Positions 1-8,008 of a stretch of DNA of 30,971 nucleotides are shown piece by piece. Within the stretch, counting starts at the first letter, position 1, and every line of letters begins with the position of its first letter. Origin of the DNA: Myxococcota bacterium. Lineage in GTDB: Bacteria; Myxococcota_A; UBA9160; UBA4427. Both the position numbers and the translations under genes were made by a program. Below the pieces are notes generated by a model. It was given only the letters and a program-made list of their open reading frames with translations, made no database searches and was not told the origin of the DNA. Location: assembly GCA_036336835.1 (NCBI GenBank), contig JAYZFK010000019.1:1-30971 (forward strand), given 5' to 3'.

Positions 1-176
1 AGTTCGATACGGCGCGTGATTTTCGCACCGTCAACGGCATCGACGGCCGCGGTGGCGCCATCGACGGACCGGGCCCCGTGGTCGCCAACGGGCGGCTCTT
101 CGTCAATTCCGGCTACGGCCTGTTCACCCAGATGCCGGGGAACCTGCTCATGGCGTTCGAAGCCCGGGCCGATTGA
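1..176 (+). CDS. 3' end of a PQQ-dependent dehydrogenase (polyvinyl-alcohol dehydrogenase-like beta-propeller), partial
   Basis: Frame 3 reads FDTARDFRTVNGIDGRGGAIDGPGPVVANGRLFVNSGYGLFTQMPGNLLMAFEARAD* (TGA 174-176). GGxIDGPGPVV..G.LFVNSGY....MPGN.L.AF is the typical C-terminus of this family. Not in the ORF track. Confidence 0.8.
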   Translation, partial: FDTARDFRTVNGIDGRGGAIDGPGPVVANGRLFVNSGYGLFTQMPGNLLMAFEARAD

Positions 177-297
177 AGCGCGGCACCACATCGATCCTCG
201 GACGCGCTGACAAAACGCGGCTTGTTCTTCCTATCTGCAGAACCCGGCTTACATTTCCTATCCGCGGTGCGCGACGGCTGAGGTTGGTTGATGCCTT

Positions 298-555
298 CTA
301 CCCGCCTGGTTTCCCGCGCCTGGGTTTCTTTCGGAAGCGGGCTGGAAGGTGGATGCTATTGACCGCGAGCCGCGCGTTGTTCGCAGCTCCGGCTCCCATC
401 ACGACCCAGAACAGAGCCCATAGTGCAACGGGGATGCTGTAGCTCCAGGCCACCAGGGGGTACAGGCCAATTCCCAGGCAGGCCAGCGCGCCGCCGCCCC
501 AATTGGCCCTGTGAAACCATCGTGGCAGCCGATCCCCCCAGTCGTTCGACTCCAT
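298..555 (-). CDS. small hypothetical membrane protein (85 aa, two hydrophobic segments, basic tail)
   Basis: ATG preceded by purine-rich AAGGAAGG; hydrophobic GGGALACLGIGLYPLVAW and IPVALWALFWVVMG; C-terminal RFRKKPRR. Confidence 0.5.
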   Translation of the reverse strand: MESNDWGDRLPRWFHRANWGGGALACLGIGLYPLVAWSYSIPVALWALFWVVMGAGAANNARLAVNSIHLPARFRKKPRRGKPGG

Positions 556-790
556 CGTCCCCGGGCCCTTCCTTGCGGCTTGTGAGAGAGCCGCGAGTGT
601 ATCGCCGACCGCCAGATCCAGCGGGGTGCGGGCTGGCCGCGTTCACTTGCGCGGGCGAGGAAGGGATCGAACTCGCGGTGGAGGGTGCGGTAGAGCAGGG
701 TGTCCGTGGGGGCGCTCGGGCGGCCGTTCGTTCACGGTCGGTTGGAGGGCCTCGAGCGCGGCAACCGCGCCGATCGTTCCAAGGGAAAAA

Positions 791-866
791 TGGAGCCGAC
801 GATCCGACTCGAACGGACGACCTGCTCATTACGAGTGAGCTGCTCTACCAACTGAGCTACGTCGGC
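791..866 (-). tRNA. tRNA-Thr (anticodon CGT), CCA encoded
   Basis: Reverse complement GCCGACGTAGCTCAGTTGGTAGAGCAGCTCACTCGTAATGAGCAGGTCGTCCGTTCGAGTCGGATCGTCGGCTCCA: 76-nt cloverleaf, anticodon stem GCTCA/TGAGC with loop CT-CGT-AA, T-loop TTCGA. Confidence 0.97.
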
Positions 867-967
867 TTGGGAACGCCGGGCGATGCGCGGGGGGGGCCCG
901 GCTCGCGAGGCGGCAAGGTAGCGGCCGGCTTCTGGGGCTGCCATCGGTAGGGATGGGCTCACGCGAG

Positions 968-983
968 TGGCATCGCGTGTGCA
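968..983 (+). promoter_or_regulatory. candidate sigma54 (-24/-12) promoter
   Basis: TGGCATCGCGTGTGCA has GG-N10-GC spacing and resembles TGGCACG-N4-TTGCW. Confidence 0.35.
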
Positions 984-1006
984 AGTGCTGGATTTTCAAA
1001 CGGGAA

Positions 1007-1035
1007 TTGACTGAATATCGGATCGATCGTACTCT
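1007..1035 (+). promoter_or_regulatory. sigma70-type promoter for the 1070..1411 gene
   Basis: TTGACT (1007-1012), 17-nt spacer, TACTCT (1030-1035). Confidence 0.6.
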
Positions 1036-1069
1036 GCTGCTGGGGTGGTGGATTGTTTGGAGACGGCGG

Positions 1070-1411
1070 ATGCCGATCCTGCCCATCATCGACTTGTTGA
1101 TCCTGCTGGCCTGGACGTCGCTTGCTGCGGGTGCTGCGCTCAAGCTGGTCAACATCGTCTTTTCCAGGTTCTGGACGCTGCTCGGCTTCGCGCCGCTCGA
1201 TTTCTTCATGATCACGGCCGTACTGCTGGTGTTCGCCCTGACACTCGTCGCGCGGACCTGGGTGAAGGCGAACGATCCCGCCGTGCTCGCGGCTCGGCGG
1301 GCTGACGCGACGCGCGAGGCCTACGCCGACCTGCGGCCCGACGCGACAGCCGCGAAGCAGCCCCACGCCGCCAGAACCGGCGTCTGGCAGCCTCGCCAAC
1401 TCGGCCTCTGA
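1070..1411 (+). CDS. hypothetical membrane protein (113 aa, about 2 TM helices)
   Basis: ATG 1070 with GGAG upstream (ORF track starts at 953); MPILPIIDLLILLAWTSLAAGAALKL... and LDFFMITAVLLVFALTLV are hydrophobic; GC3-rich codons. Confidence 0.75.
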   Translation: MPILPIIDLLILLAWTSLAAGAALKLVNIVFSRFWTLLGFAPLDFFMITAVLLVFALTLVARTWVKANDPAVLAARRADATREAYADLRPDATAAKQPHAARTGVWQPRQLGL

Positions 1412-1528
1412 CGGCCCGAGCCTCCGACACGAGTGCAACCAGCCCACGATCCGTGTGATCGCGGGCTCACGGGATGCGCAAAGCCGGCCAGCGCTCGAGT
1501 CTCGGGGAAGAGGGGCGGCTCTGCGGGT

Positions 1529-1633
1529 CTAGCGGAGGCGCGGGAGCAGTGCGAGGGCCGAGACGGCCAGCTCGCGGTAGAGCTGTGCGCTGAGGACGAC
1601 GACAGTGGCGGCAGACTTGATGGCTCGGCTCAT
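1529..1633 (-). CDS. putative small protein, 34 aa (MSRAIKSAATVVVLSAQLYRELAVSALALLPRLR)
   Basis: GGAGGA Shine-Dalgarno 7 nt before ATG, TAG stop, in an otherwise empty intergenic gap of about 540 bp. Confidence 0.5.
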   Translation of the reverse strand: MSRAIKSAATVVVLSAQLYRELAVSALALLPRLR

Positions 1634-1951
1634 GGATCGATCCTCCAGCGGTTCCAATCCTGGAGTGGACGCGAGCGCGGCTTGGTGGCAACGAACTCGG
1701 CCCGCTGTGCGGATTCCTCGGCGGAATCCCGCCGTGATCGCGCTCTCTCGGCATGAGTGGTTCGAAACAGCGGGCCCGCGACCTGGGTAATCGCGGGCCT
1801 CGCCAAACCTGAGAAGTTCTAAATTTCCCTGGGAAGGAAACTGTATGTGAGTGGCTCGGCCTCCCGGGTTGTGGCAAAGAAATGAACCATTTTTTGGTGA
1901 TTTGCCGGCCTTTTGCAGACCGCCTGGTCGCTCACTACCGTGCGCCTGCAC

Positions 1952-2899
1952 ATGGAGACTCTGGAGCGCCAGATCTGGGTCGACGGGCGCTTCGTGCCGT
2001 GGGGCGACGCCACCGTTCACCTGCTCTCGCACAGCCTCCAGCGCGGCTCCCTGGTCTTCGACTACATGAGCGTCCACCCGTGTCCCGCCGGGGAAGCCGT
2101 GTTCCGGCTGGACGAGCACGTGGAGCGGTTCCTCCGCTCTTGTGAGCTCACGGGCCTTCAGCCGGGTCTGGGCGCGGGCGAGATCCGCGCCGCCATCCTC
2201 GACACGCTCCGGCTCAATCCGGGCGCCAGGGCCGTCAAAGTGAGCGGTTACCTGGCCTCGATCGAGATCGACGTCGTACCGGCCGACGACCGGCTCACCG
2301 TCTCGATCGCCGCCTACGACCCGGCGGCCGACATCACCGCGCACAAGCCCGGCCGCGCGCCGGCGGGCCGCGAGTCGGTCCGCCTCTGGATCGAGAAGGA
2401 GCGCAAGAATCGGCGTGCGGACATCGTGCCGGCCCAGGCGAAGACGGCGGCCAACTACGCGAGCCCGATGGTCGCCAAGGCCCGCGCTCGCGCCGCCGGC
2501 TATGACGAGATCCTGCTGATCGACGAGTTCGGCGCAGTGGCCGAGGGACCGACCACCAACATCTTCCTGGTCGACCGCGAAGGCGTCGTCGTGACGCCTT
2601 CGATCGAACGGGTGCTGCTCGGGGTGACGCGCGCCTCGGTGATCGAGATCGCCAGGCACGACGGCTACGAGGTGAGCGAGACGAGCGTGCGGCCCGACGA
2701 GCTGATGAACGCGGCCGAGGTGTTCCTGACCGGCACCACCGCCGGTGTGCTTCCCGTCGAGTCGATCGACGGGCAGCCGATCGGCGGGGGCGCCCCCGGC
2801 CCCGTGTCGCGCGCGCTGCGCCAGCATTTCGCACGTGTCGTGGCCGGCGAGGACGAAGACTTCGTGCACTGGCTCACCCCCGTCGAGAGAGGCGATTAG
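1952..2899 (+). CDS. PLP fold-type IV aminotransferase (IlvE/BCAT-like superfamily)
   Basis: IWVDGRFVPW..ATVHLLSHSL, FRLDEHVERF, AKTAANY (catalytic Lys), EGPTTNIF, LLGVTR, EVFLTGT. Start ATG 1952 preferred. Confidence 0.88.
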   Translation: METLERQIWVDGRFVPWGDATVHLLSHSLQRGSLVFDYMSVHPCPAGEAVFRLDEHVERFLRSCELTGLQPGLGAGEIRAAILDTLRLNPGARAVKVSGYLASIEIDVVPADDRLTVSIAAYDPAADITAHKPGRAPAGRESVRLWIEKERKNRRADIVPAQAKTAANYASPMVAKARARAAGYDEILLIDEFGAVAEGPTTNIFLVDREGVVVTPSIERVLLGVTRASVIEIARHDGYEVSETSVRPDELMNAAEVFLTGTTAGVLPVESIDGQPIGGGAPGPVSRALRQHFARVVAGEDEDFVHWLTPVERGD

Positions 2900-3874
2900 A
2901 TGCGCGTGCTTTCCGGGATCACGCCCTCCGGCGAATGCCACCTCGGCAACTACTTCGGCGCCATTCGGCAACACGTCGAGCTCCAGGAGGGCAACGAGGC
3001 CATCTTCTTCATGGCCGACTACCACTCGATGAACTCGGTGCGCGACGGCGCCGAGCGCCGCCGGCTGGTGCGCGAGGTGGCGCTCGACTACCTCGCGTGC
3101 GGTCTCGATCCCGAGCGCGCCGTGCTCTACCGCCAGAGCGATCTGCCCGAGCTGTGCGAGCTGATGTGGCTGCTGACGACGCTGACCCCGATGGGGCTGC
3201 TCGAGCGCGGCCACGCCTACAAGGACAAGGTGGCCCAGGGCCAGAGCGCCGACCACGGCCTGTTCGCCTATCCCGTGTTGATGGCGGCCGACATCCTGAT
3301 CTACAACCCCGACGTCGTGCCGGTTGGGCAGGACCAGAAGCAGCACATCGAGATGTGCCGCGACATGGCGCAGCGCTTCAATCACACGTATGGCGTCGAG
3401 CTCTTCGAGTTGCCGGAGCCAATGATCCTCGAGAACGTGGCCGTGGTGCCCGGCACCGATGGCCGCAAGATGAGCAAGGGCTACGACAATACGATTCGCA
3501 TGTTCTGGCCCGACAAGCGGTTGAAGAAGGCGGTGATGAGCGTGGTGACCGACACCACCCCGGTCGACCAGCCGAAGGACACCGGGCAGCCGCTCTTCCA
3601 GCTGTGGTCATTGTTTGCGAGCGAGGGCGACCGGGCCGAGATGTGGCAGCGCGCCGCGGCCGGAGGGCTCGGCTACGGCGACGTGAAGAAGGACCTGCTG
3701 GCCCGTATTCTCGACGCCTTTGGCGAGATGCGCGCCAAACGCGAAGAGCTGGCCCGGCGTCCGGACGACGTCGAGGACGTGCTGCGCCAGGGTGCCGAGC
3801 AGGCGCGTGCGCTGGCTGCGCCCGTGGTGGCCTCGGCGCGGGCCGCTGCCGGGGTCGGTCCCGCGCCCGCCTGA
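2900..3874 (+). CDS. trpS: tryptophan--tRNA ligase
   Basis: SGITPSG..HLGNY (HIGH motif), YPVLMAADIL, VPVGQDQKQH, KMSKG (KMSKS motif). ATG directly follows the upstream TAG. Confidence 0.96.
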   Translation: MRVLSGITPSGECHLGNYFGAIRQHVELQEGNEAIFFMADYHSMNSVRDGAERRRLVREVALDYLACGLDPERAVLYRQSDLPELCELMWLLTTLTPMGLLERGHAYKDKVAQGQSADHGLFAYPVLMAADILIYNPDVVPVGQDQKQHIEMCRDMAQRFNHTYGVELFELPEPMILENVAVVPGTDGRKMSKGYDNTIRMFWPDKRLKKAVMSVVTDTTPVDQPKDTGQPLFQLWSLFASEGDRAEMWQRAAAGGLGYGDVKKDLLARILDAFGEMRAKREELARRPDDVEDVLRQGAEQARALAAPVVASARAAAGVGPAPA

Positions 3875-3987
3875 GGCCCCTTCCAGGCGTCCCGCCGGGG
3901 TCTCAACCCCGAGGCCCCAAGAACCGAAGAGCAGACGAGCCGTACCCGTTTTCTGGGGCCCGTTCACCGGGTTGAGAGGTCGTCTGC

Positions 3988-5151
3988 ATGAACGTCTGGA
4001 TCCAACGCGCCGGCTTGGCCGGTGTGGTCGTTGCCTCGCTCTCACTGGTTGCGCTGCCCGCTCGCGACAGCGGGCTGGCGGATCTGCCGGAGGGCATCTC
4101 GGCCGAGCAGCTCGAGCGCGCGAAGGCGGGTGACGGCGAGGCGCGCTACGCGCTCGCGCTTGCCTACCTCGAATCCAGCAGCACCGCGCCGAATCGCGAG
4201 AAGGCGCTTCACTGGTTCACGCTCGCGGCCGATCGCGGCCACCCGCGCGCGCAGAGCGCGCTCGGCCACATCTGGATCGCCGGGGGGAGTGTGGCGCAGG
4301 CGCCCGGGCGCGAGGGCTGGTGGGTCGAGCAGCCGGCGGCAGATGGCGAAGGGACGCTGCGCGCAGGCGACGGCCCTGATCCCGAGCTCGGGGTCGAGTG
4401 GCTGCGCAAGGCCGCCGAGCACGGCGAACTCGATGCGATGGAGCGGCTGGCGCTGGCGCTCGAGCACGGCGAGGCCGGCGAGGCGGATCCGCGGGCGGCC
4501 GTCCGCTGGTACGGCAAGCCGGCCCGGGCAGGCTCGCTGCGCGCGCAGGTGCGGCTCGCCAGGCTGTACGACGAAGGACTCGGCGAAGAGCGCGATGCAG
4601 CCGAGGCCGCCACCTGGTATCGCCTCGCCGCGGAGCATGGGCATGCGCCGTCCCAGGCTCGTCTGGCGACGATGTACACCAGCGGCGACGGTCTGCATCC
4701 GCGCTACGACGAGGCGGTCCGCTGGGCGAAGACCTCTGCCGAGCAGAACGATGCGGAGGGTTGTTATGCATTGGCGGTGCTCTACCTGAAGGGCTTCGGT
4801 GTCGAGCAGGACTTCCAGCGATCACTGCACTGGTACCGACGGTCTGCCACGATGGGCAACGCCGCGGCGCAGAACATGCTGGGGACGGTCTATCTGGCGG
4901 GCAAGGGCGTGCGCGTCGACACGGCCAAGGCCGAGCGCTGGTGGCGCATGGCCGCCGAACAGGGCTACATGCCGGCGCAGTTCAACCTGGGTGGCATGTT
5001 CAGCCGCGAGCTCAGCGGCTCGCTCGAGAAGCAGGAGGCGATGCGCTGGCTCGCGGCCGCCGCGGCCCAGGGCCACCGGCGTGCTGCACTCGAGCTCGCC
5101 GAGCTCAGGGAGCCGTCGAAGCCGGCCGAGCCCGCGAACCAAAGCGAGTAG
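3988..5151 (+). CDS. exported Sel1-like repeat protein
   Basis: N-terminal signal-like segment; many A..LG..Y..G.GV..D...A..WY..AAEQG repeats. Confidence 0.9.
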   Translation: MNVWIQRAGLAGVVVASLSLVALPARDSGLADLPEGISAEQLERAKAGDGEARYALALAYLESSSTAPNREKALHWFTLAADRGHPRAQSALGHIWIAGGSVAQAPGREGWWVEQPAADGEGTLRAGDGPDPELGVEWLRKAAEHGELDAMERLALALEHGEAGEADPRAAVRWYGKPARAGSLRAQVRLARLYDEGLGEERDAAEAATWYRLAAEHGHAPSQARLATMYTSGDGLHPRYDEAVRWAKTSAEQNDAEGCYALAVLYLKGFGVEQDFQRSLHWYRRSATMGNAAAQNMLGTVYLAGKGVRVDTAKAERWWRMAAEQGYMPAQFNLGGMFSRELSGSLEKQEAMRWLAAAAAQGHRRAALELAELREPSKPAEPANQSE

Positions 5152-5217
5152 GCGAGCCGCAGGTCCAGGTACCCTAGCCTTGCGCCGCGCCAGTCTGCGC
5201 AGCAAGGAGAGGGGTCA

Positions 5218-5985
5218 GTGGCCGAATTCCTGCACGTCGAGCAGAGCGAGCACATCGCAACCGTTACGTTGGACCGCGCGCCGGTCAATGCTCTCAACCG
5301 CCAGCTACTCGCCGAGATCAGCGAGACCTTCGGCTCGGTTGCCAGCGACTGGGACGTGCGTGCGGTCGTCTTTGCGTCGGGTCAGGAACACGTGTTCTGT
5401 GGCGGCGCCGACCTGAAGGGGATGGGGCCGGAGCCCGCCCCCCCGCCGACCGATCCCCAGCGCCATGCGCGCGACGCGATGTGGGCGATCCTCGATTGCC
5501 CGGTCCCCGTGATCGCCGCGGTCAATGGTCCCGCGCTCGGCGGTGGCCTCGCCATCGCGGCGTGTTGCGACGTGATCGTCGCCTCCGAACGCGCGGAGTT
5601 CGGTTGTCCCGAGATCTCGGTCGGACTGCTCGGTGCGGGATCGCATCTGCAGCGCATGGTCGGGCCCTATCGGATGCGCGAGCTGTACTTCACGGCCCGG
5701 CGTGTGGCCGCCCGCGAGATGCTCGAGATGGGCGGTCTGTCGCGGGTGGTCGGGCACGACGCGCTGGCCGGCGCAGCGCGCCAGATCGCCGCCGACATCG
5801 CGGTCAAGAGTCCGGCCGCGATCCGGCTGGCCAAGGAAGCGTTGAACCGCGTCGAGTCCATGCCCTTGAAAGAGGCGTACCGCACCGAGCAGGATTACAC
5901 GGCGCGGCTGGGTCGCTACCAAGACTCGAAGGAAGCGCGGGCGGCGTTCCTGGAGAAGCGCGCGCCGCGCTTCGTCGGTCGCTGA
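5218..5985 (+). CDS. enoyl-CoA hydratase/isomerase (crotonase) family protein
   Basis: PVNAL, FCGGADL, PVIAAVNGPALGGG, FGCPE, AFLEKRAPRF; SD AAGGAG before GTG. Confidence 0.92.
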   Translation: MAEFLHVEQSEHIATVTLDRAPVNALNRQLLAEISETFGSVASDWDVRAVVFASGQEHVFCGGADLKGMGPEPAPPPTDPQRHARDAMWAILDCPVPVIAAVNGPALGGGLAIAACCDVIVASERAEFGCPEISVGLLGAGSHLQRMVGPYRMRELYFTARRVAAREMLEMGGLSRVVGHDALAGAARQIAADIAVKSPAAIRLAKEALNRVESMPLKEAYRTEQDYTARLGRYQDSKEARAAFLEKRAPRFVGR

Positions 5986-5995
5986 GCGCCCCGGC

Positions 5996-7180
5996 TCAGT
6001 CGAGTGGGACGCGGCGCCCCTCGGCGGCCGAGACATAGGCGGCGTACACCACGCGAGTGACGTCGAGGCCGAGCTGGCCGTCGGCCTCGGCGGGGACGTC
6101 GCGGTGCAAGGCGTCGGCGAAGGCCTGACACATTGCGAGCTGCCCCGAGCTCCAGTCCTCATCGGGCAGCGGCGTCGTCCAGCCGGCACCGCTATCGAGC
6201 TTCTCCTGGATGTAGGCATCGCCAAACACCTCGGCGTCGGGTGCGTAGGCGCGCACGAGATCGTGTGGGCTCAGGTTGCAGCGGATGGCGGCGTTCGAGC
6301 CCTGGATCTCGAGCCGACTCTCCATCCCCCCCAGCAGGTTGTCGCTGCCGTAGGCGACACCGCGGGCGCCGTCGGAGAACTGGATGATCGCGCAGCCCCA
6401 GTTCTCGACGCCGCGCCAGCCTGTCGCGAGCCTGAGGTTCGCCGGGTTGACGCCGGCGACCCGGGTCAGATCCGCCACCTCGCCGGTCACGGCGAGCGGG
6501 CGAATGGGCTCGCCGTCGTTACGCAGGCCCTCGGCGCGCTTCAAGTGGAGCATGGCGCCGATCGGGTGCGCGCCCAGCCGCAACAGCGCGCCGCCACCCG
6601 TGTGTCGCCAGCTCCGGGCGTACTCGGAGTGCGAGCCGCTGTGGGCTTCCCAGCCGCGCAGCTCGAGCAGCGCGGCGCCGGCGCGCTCGAGCAGGGCCCG
6701 GGCCTTGACGATGGCGGGCGCGTACACCCAGTTCTCGCCGTAGAACAGGCGGACACCAGCCCGCTCGGCGGCGTCGACCATCGCCTCGGCATCGGCTCGA
6801 GCGACTCGAGCCATCGTGACGCGGTCCCGACCGGCGATCTCCTCGTCGCTTGCCTGCTCGCCGAGATCCTGACCGACGTAGGCCGTGAGCGGCTTGGTGC
6901 ACAGCACGTGCTTGCCGGCCTCGGCGGCGGCGACGGCCATCGGCCGGTGCAGCTGATTCGGAATACACAGGTCGATCAGGTCGACGGCATCGCTGGCGAT
7001 CAGCTGCTCGAACGATTCGAAGATCTGCGCGACACCGTGTTGCTGTGCGAACGCGCTCGCTCGCTCGGCTCGCTTGGCGGTGACGCCCGCAAGGTGAGCC
7101 CCGGTCGCCGCCTTCCAGCAGCGCGCGCGGGTCTGCGCCAGGAAGCCGGCACCCACGACACCCACTCGCACATGTTTCAC
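5996..7180 (-). CDS. Gfo/Idh/MocA family oxidoreductase
   Basis: VGVVGAGF Rossmann motif, PNQLH, AGKHVLCTKPL, GGGALLRLGAHPI; SD GGAGG before GTG. Confidence 0.9.
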   Translation of the reverse strand: MKHVRVGVVGAGFLAQTRARCWKAATGAHLAGVTAKRAERASAFAQQHGVAQIFESFEQLIASDAVDLIDLCIPNQLHRPMAVAAAEAGKHVLCTKPLTAYVGQDLGEQASDEEIAGRDRVTMARVARADAEAMVDAAERAGVRLFYGENWVYAPAIVKARALLERAGAALLELRGWEAHSGSHSEYARSWRHTGGGALLRLGAHPIGAMLHLKRAEGLRNDGEPIRPLAVTGEVADLTRVAGVNPANLRLATGWRGVENWGCAIIQFSDGARGVAYGSDNLLGGMESRLEIQGSNAAIRCNLSPHDLVRAYAPDAEVFGDAYIQEKLDSGAGWTTPLPDEDWSSGQLAMCQAFADALHRDVPAEADGQLGLDVTRVVYAAYVSAAEGRRVPLD

Positions 7181-7236
7181 GTCTGTCCTCCGGCGGCGCT
7201 CACGCGGCCGCCGAGCGGAGGGTATTCGAGATCGGG

Positions 7237-7270
7237 TTGACAGTGTTCGATGTTTTGATAATTATAAAAC
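7237..7270 (+). promoter_or_regulatory. arsR promoter with overlapping AT-rich palindrome (probable ArsR operator)
   Basis: TTGACA at 7237-7242; GTTTT(G)ATAATTATAAAAC at 7252-7270 is a palindrome apart from one extra G and abuts the ATG; no SD. Confidence 0.6.
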
Positions 7271-7271
7271 T

Positions 7272-7574
7272 ATGGAGAAGCAGGACGCGCTCGCTGCCCT
7301 GGCCGCACTGGCCCAGGAGACCCGTCTCGATGCCTTCCGGCTCGTCGTGCAGGCGGGGTCCGACGGGGTGTCGGCGGGCGCGATCGCCGATGCTTTGGGG
7401 GTGCCGTCGGCCACGCTCTCGTTCCACCTGAAGGAGCTCAAGAGCGCCGGCGTCGTCGGCTGTCGGCGCGACGGCCGGTCGCTGATCTACAGCGCAGACT
7501 TCACCGCCATGGCGGGCCTGGTTTCTTATCTGACGGAGAACTGCTGTGCCGGCATGGCCGGCTGCGGCGACTGA
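7272..7574 (+). CDS. arsR: ArsR/SmtB family transcriptional repressor with C-terminal CC..C site
   Basis: ALAALAQETRL..FRLVV.AG..G..AG.IA......TLSFHLKEL; ends LTENCCAGMAGC, typical of As(III)-sensing ArsR. Confidence 0.9.
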   Translation: MEKQDALAALAALAQETRLDAFRLVVQAGSDGVSAGAIADALGVPSATLSFHLKELKSAGVVGCRRDGRSLIYSADFTAMAGLVSYLTENCCAGMAGCGD

Positions 7575-7597
7575 TCTGGCCGAGAGAGGAGAACGGA

Positions 7598-8008
7598 ATG
7601 CGACTGCAGCTGGCTCTCAACGTCACCGATCTCGACGAAGCCATCGACTTCTATTCGAAGATGTTCGGGACGAAGGTCAACAAGCGAAAGCCCGGCTACG
7701 CCAACTTTGCGATCGACCAGCCGCCGCTCAAGCTGGTGCTGTTCGAGGCGCCCGACGCAAGCGAACGGCTGAATCATCTGGGTGTCGAGGTCTTCGACGA
7801 CGAAGACGTCACTCAGGCCACTGAGCGTCTGCGCGAGGGCGGCATGCGACACCTCGTCCAGGACGAGACCACCTGCTGCTACGCCAAGTCCGACAAGGTC
7901 TGGACGGTCGAGCCGGACGGTCTGCGCTGGGAGTGGTACAAGGTCCTGGCAGACAGCGACACCTATGGCGACGACCCCGATGGGGCGGACCCCCGGACGG
8001 TCATCTAG
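7598..8008 (+). CDS. arsI: ArsI/CadI family VOC-fold protein (putative organoarsenical C-As lyase)
   Basis: QLALNV.DL..AIDFY, GYANF, LNHLG, TTCCYA..DKVW...PDG..WE.Y; directly follows arsR. Confidence 0.85.
   Translation: MRLQLALNVTDLDEAIDFYSKMFGTKVNKRKPGYANFAIDQPPLKLVLFEAPDASERLNHLGVEVFDDEDVTQATERLREGGMRHLVQDETTCCYAKSDKVWTVEPDGLRWEWYKVLADSDTYGDDPDGADPRTVI

Noticed and set aside
680..760. GGTAGAGCA resembling a tRNA D-loop (second tRNA or tRNA fragment)
   Set aside because: No acceptor stem, anticodon arm or T-arm can be formed.
1435..1500. GGGATGCGCAAAGCC resembling a c-di-GMP-I riboswitch
   Set aside because: It lacks the GGCAAAC/GNRA P2 and the receptor elements; the nearby AGCCC..GGGCT hairpin is better explained as a 3' stem between convergent ORFs.
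1699..1776. Hammerhead-ribozyme-like look (ATGAG..CGAAAC closing a 10-bp stem)
   Set aside because: The CUGANGA core is absent (GCAUGAG), the would-be cleavage triplet is GUG, and there is no proper stem I.
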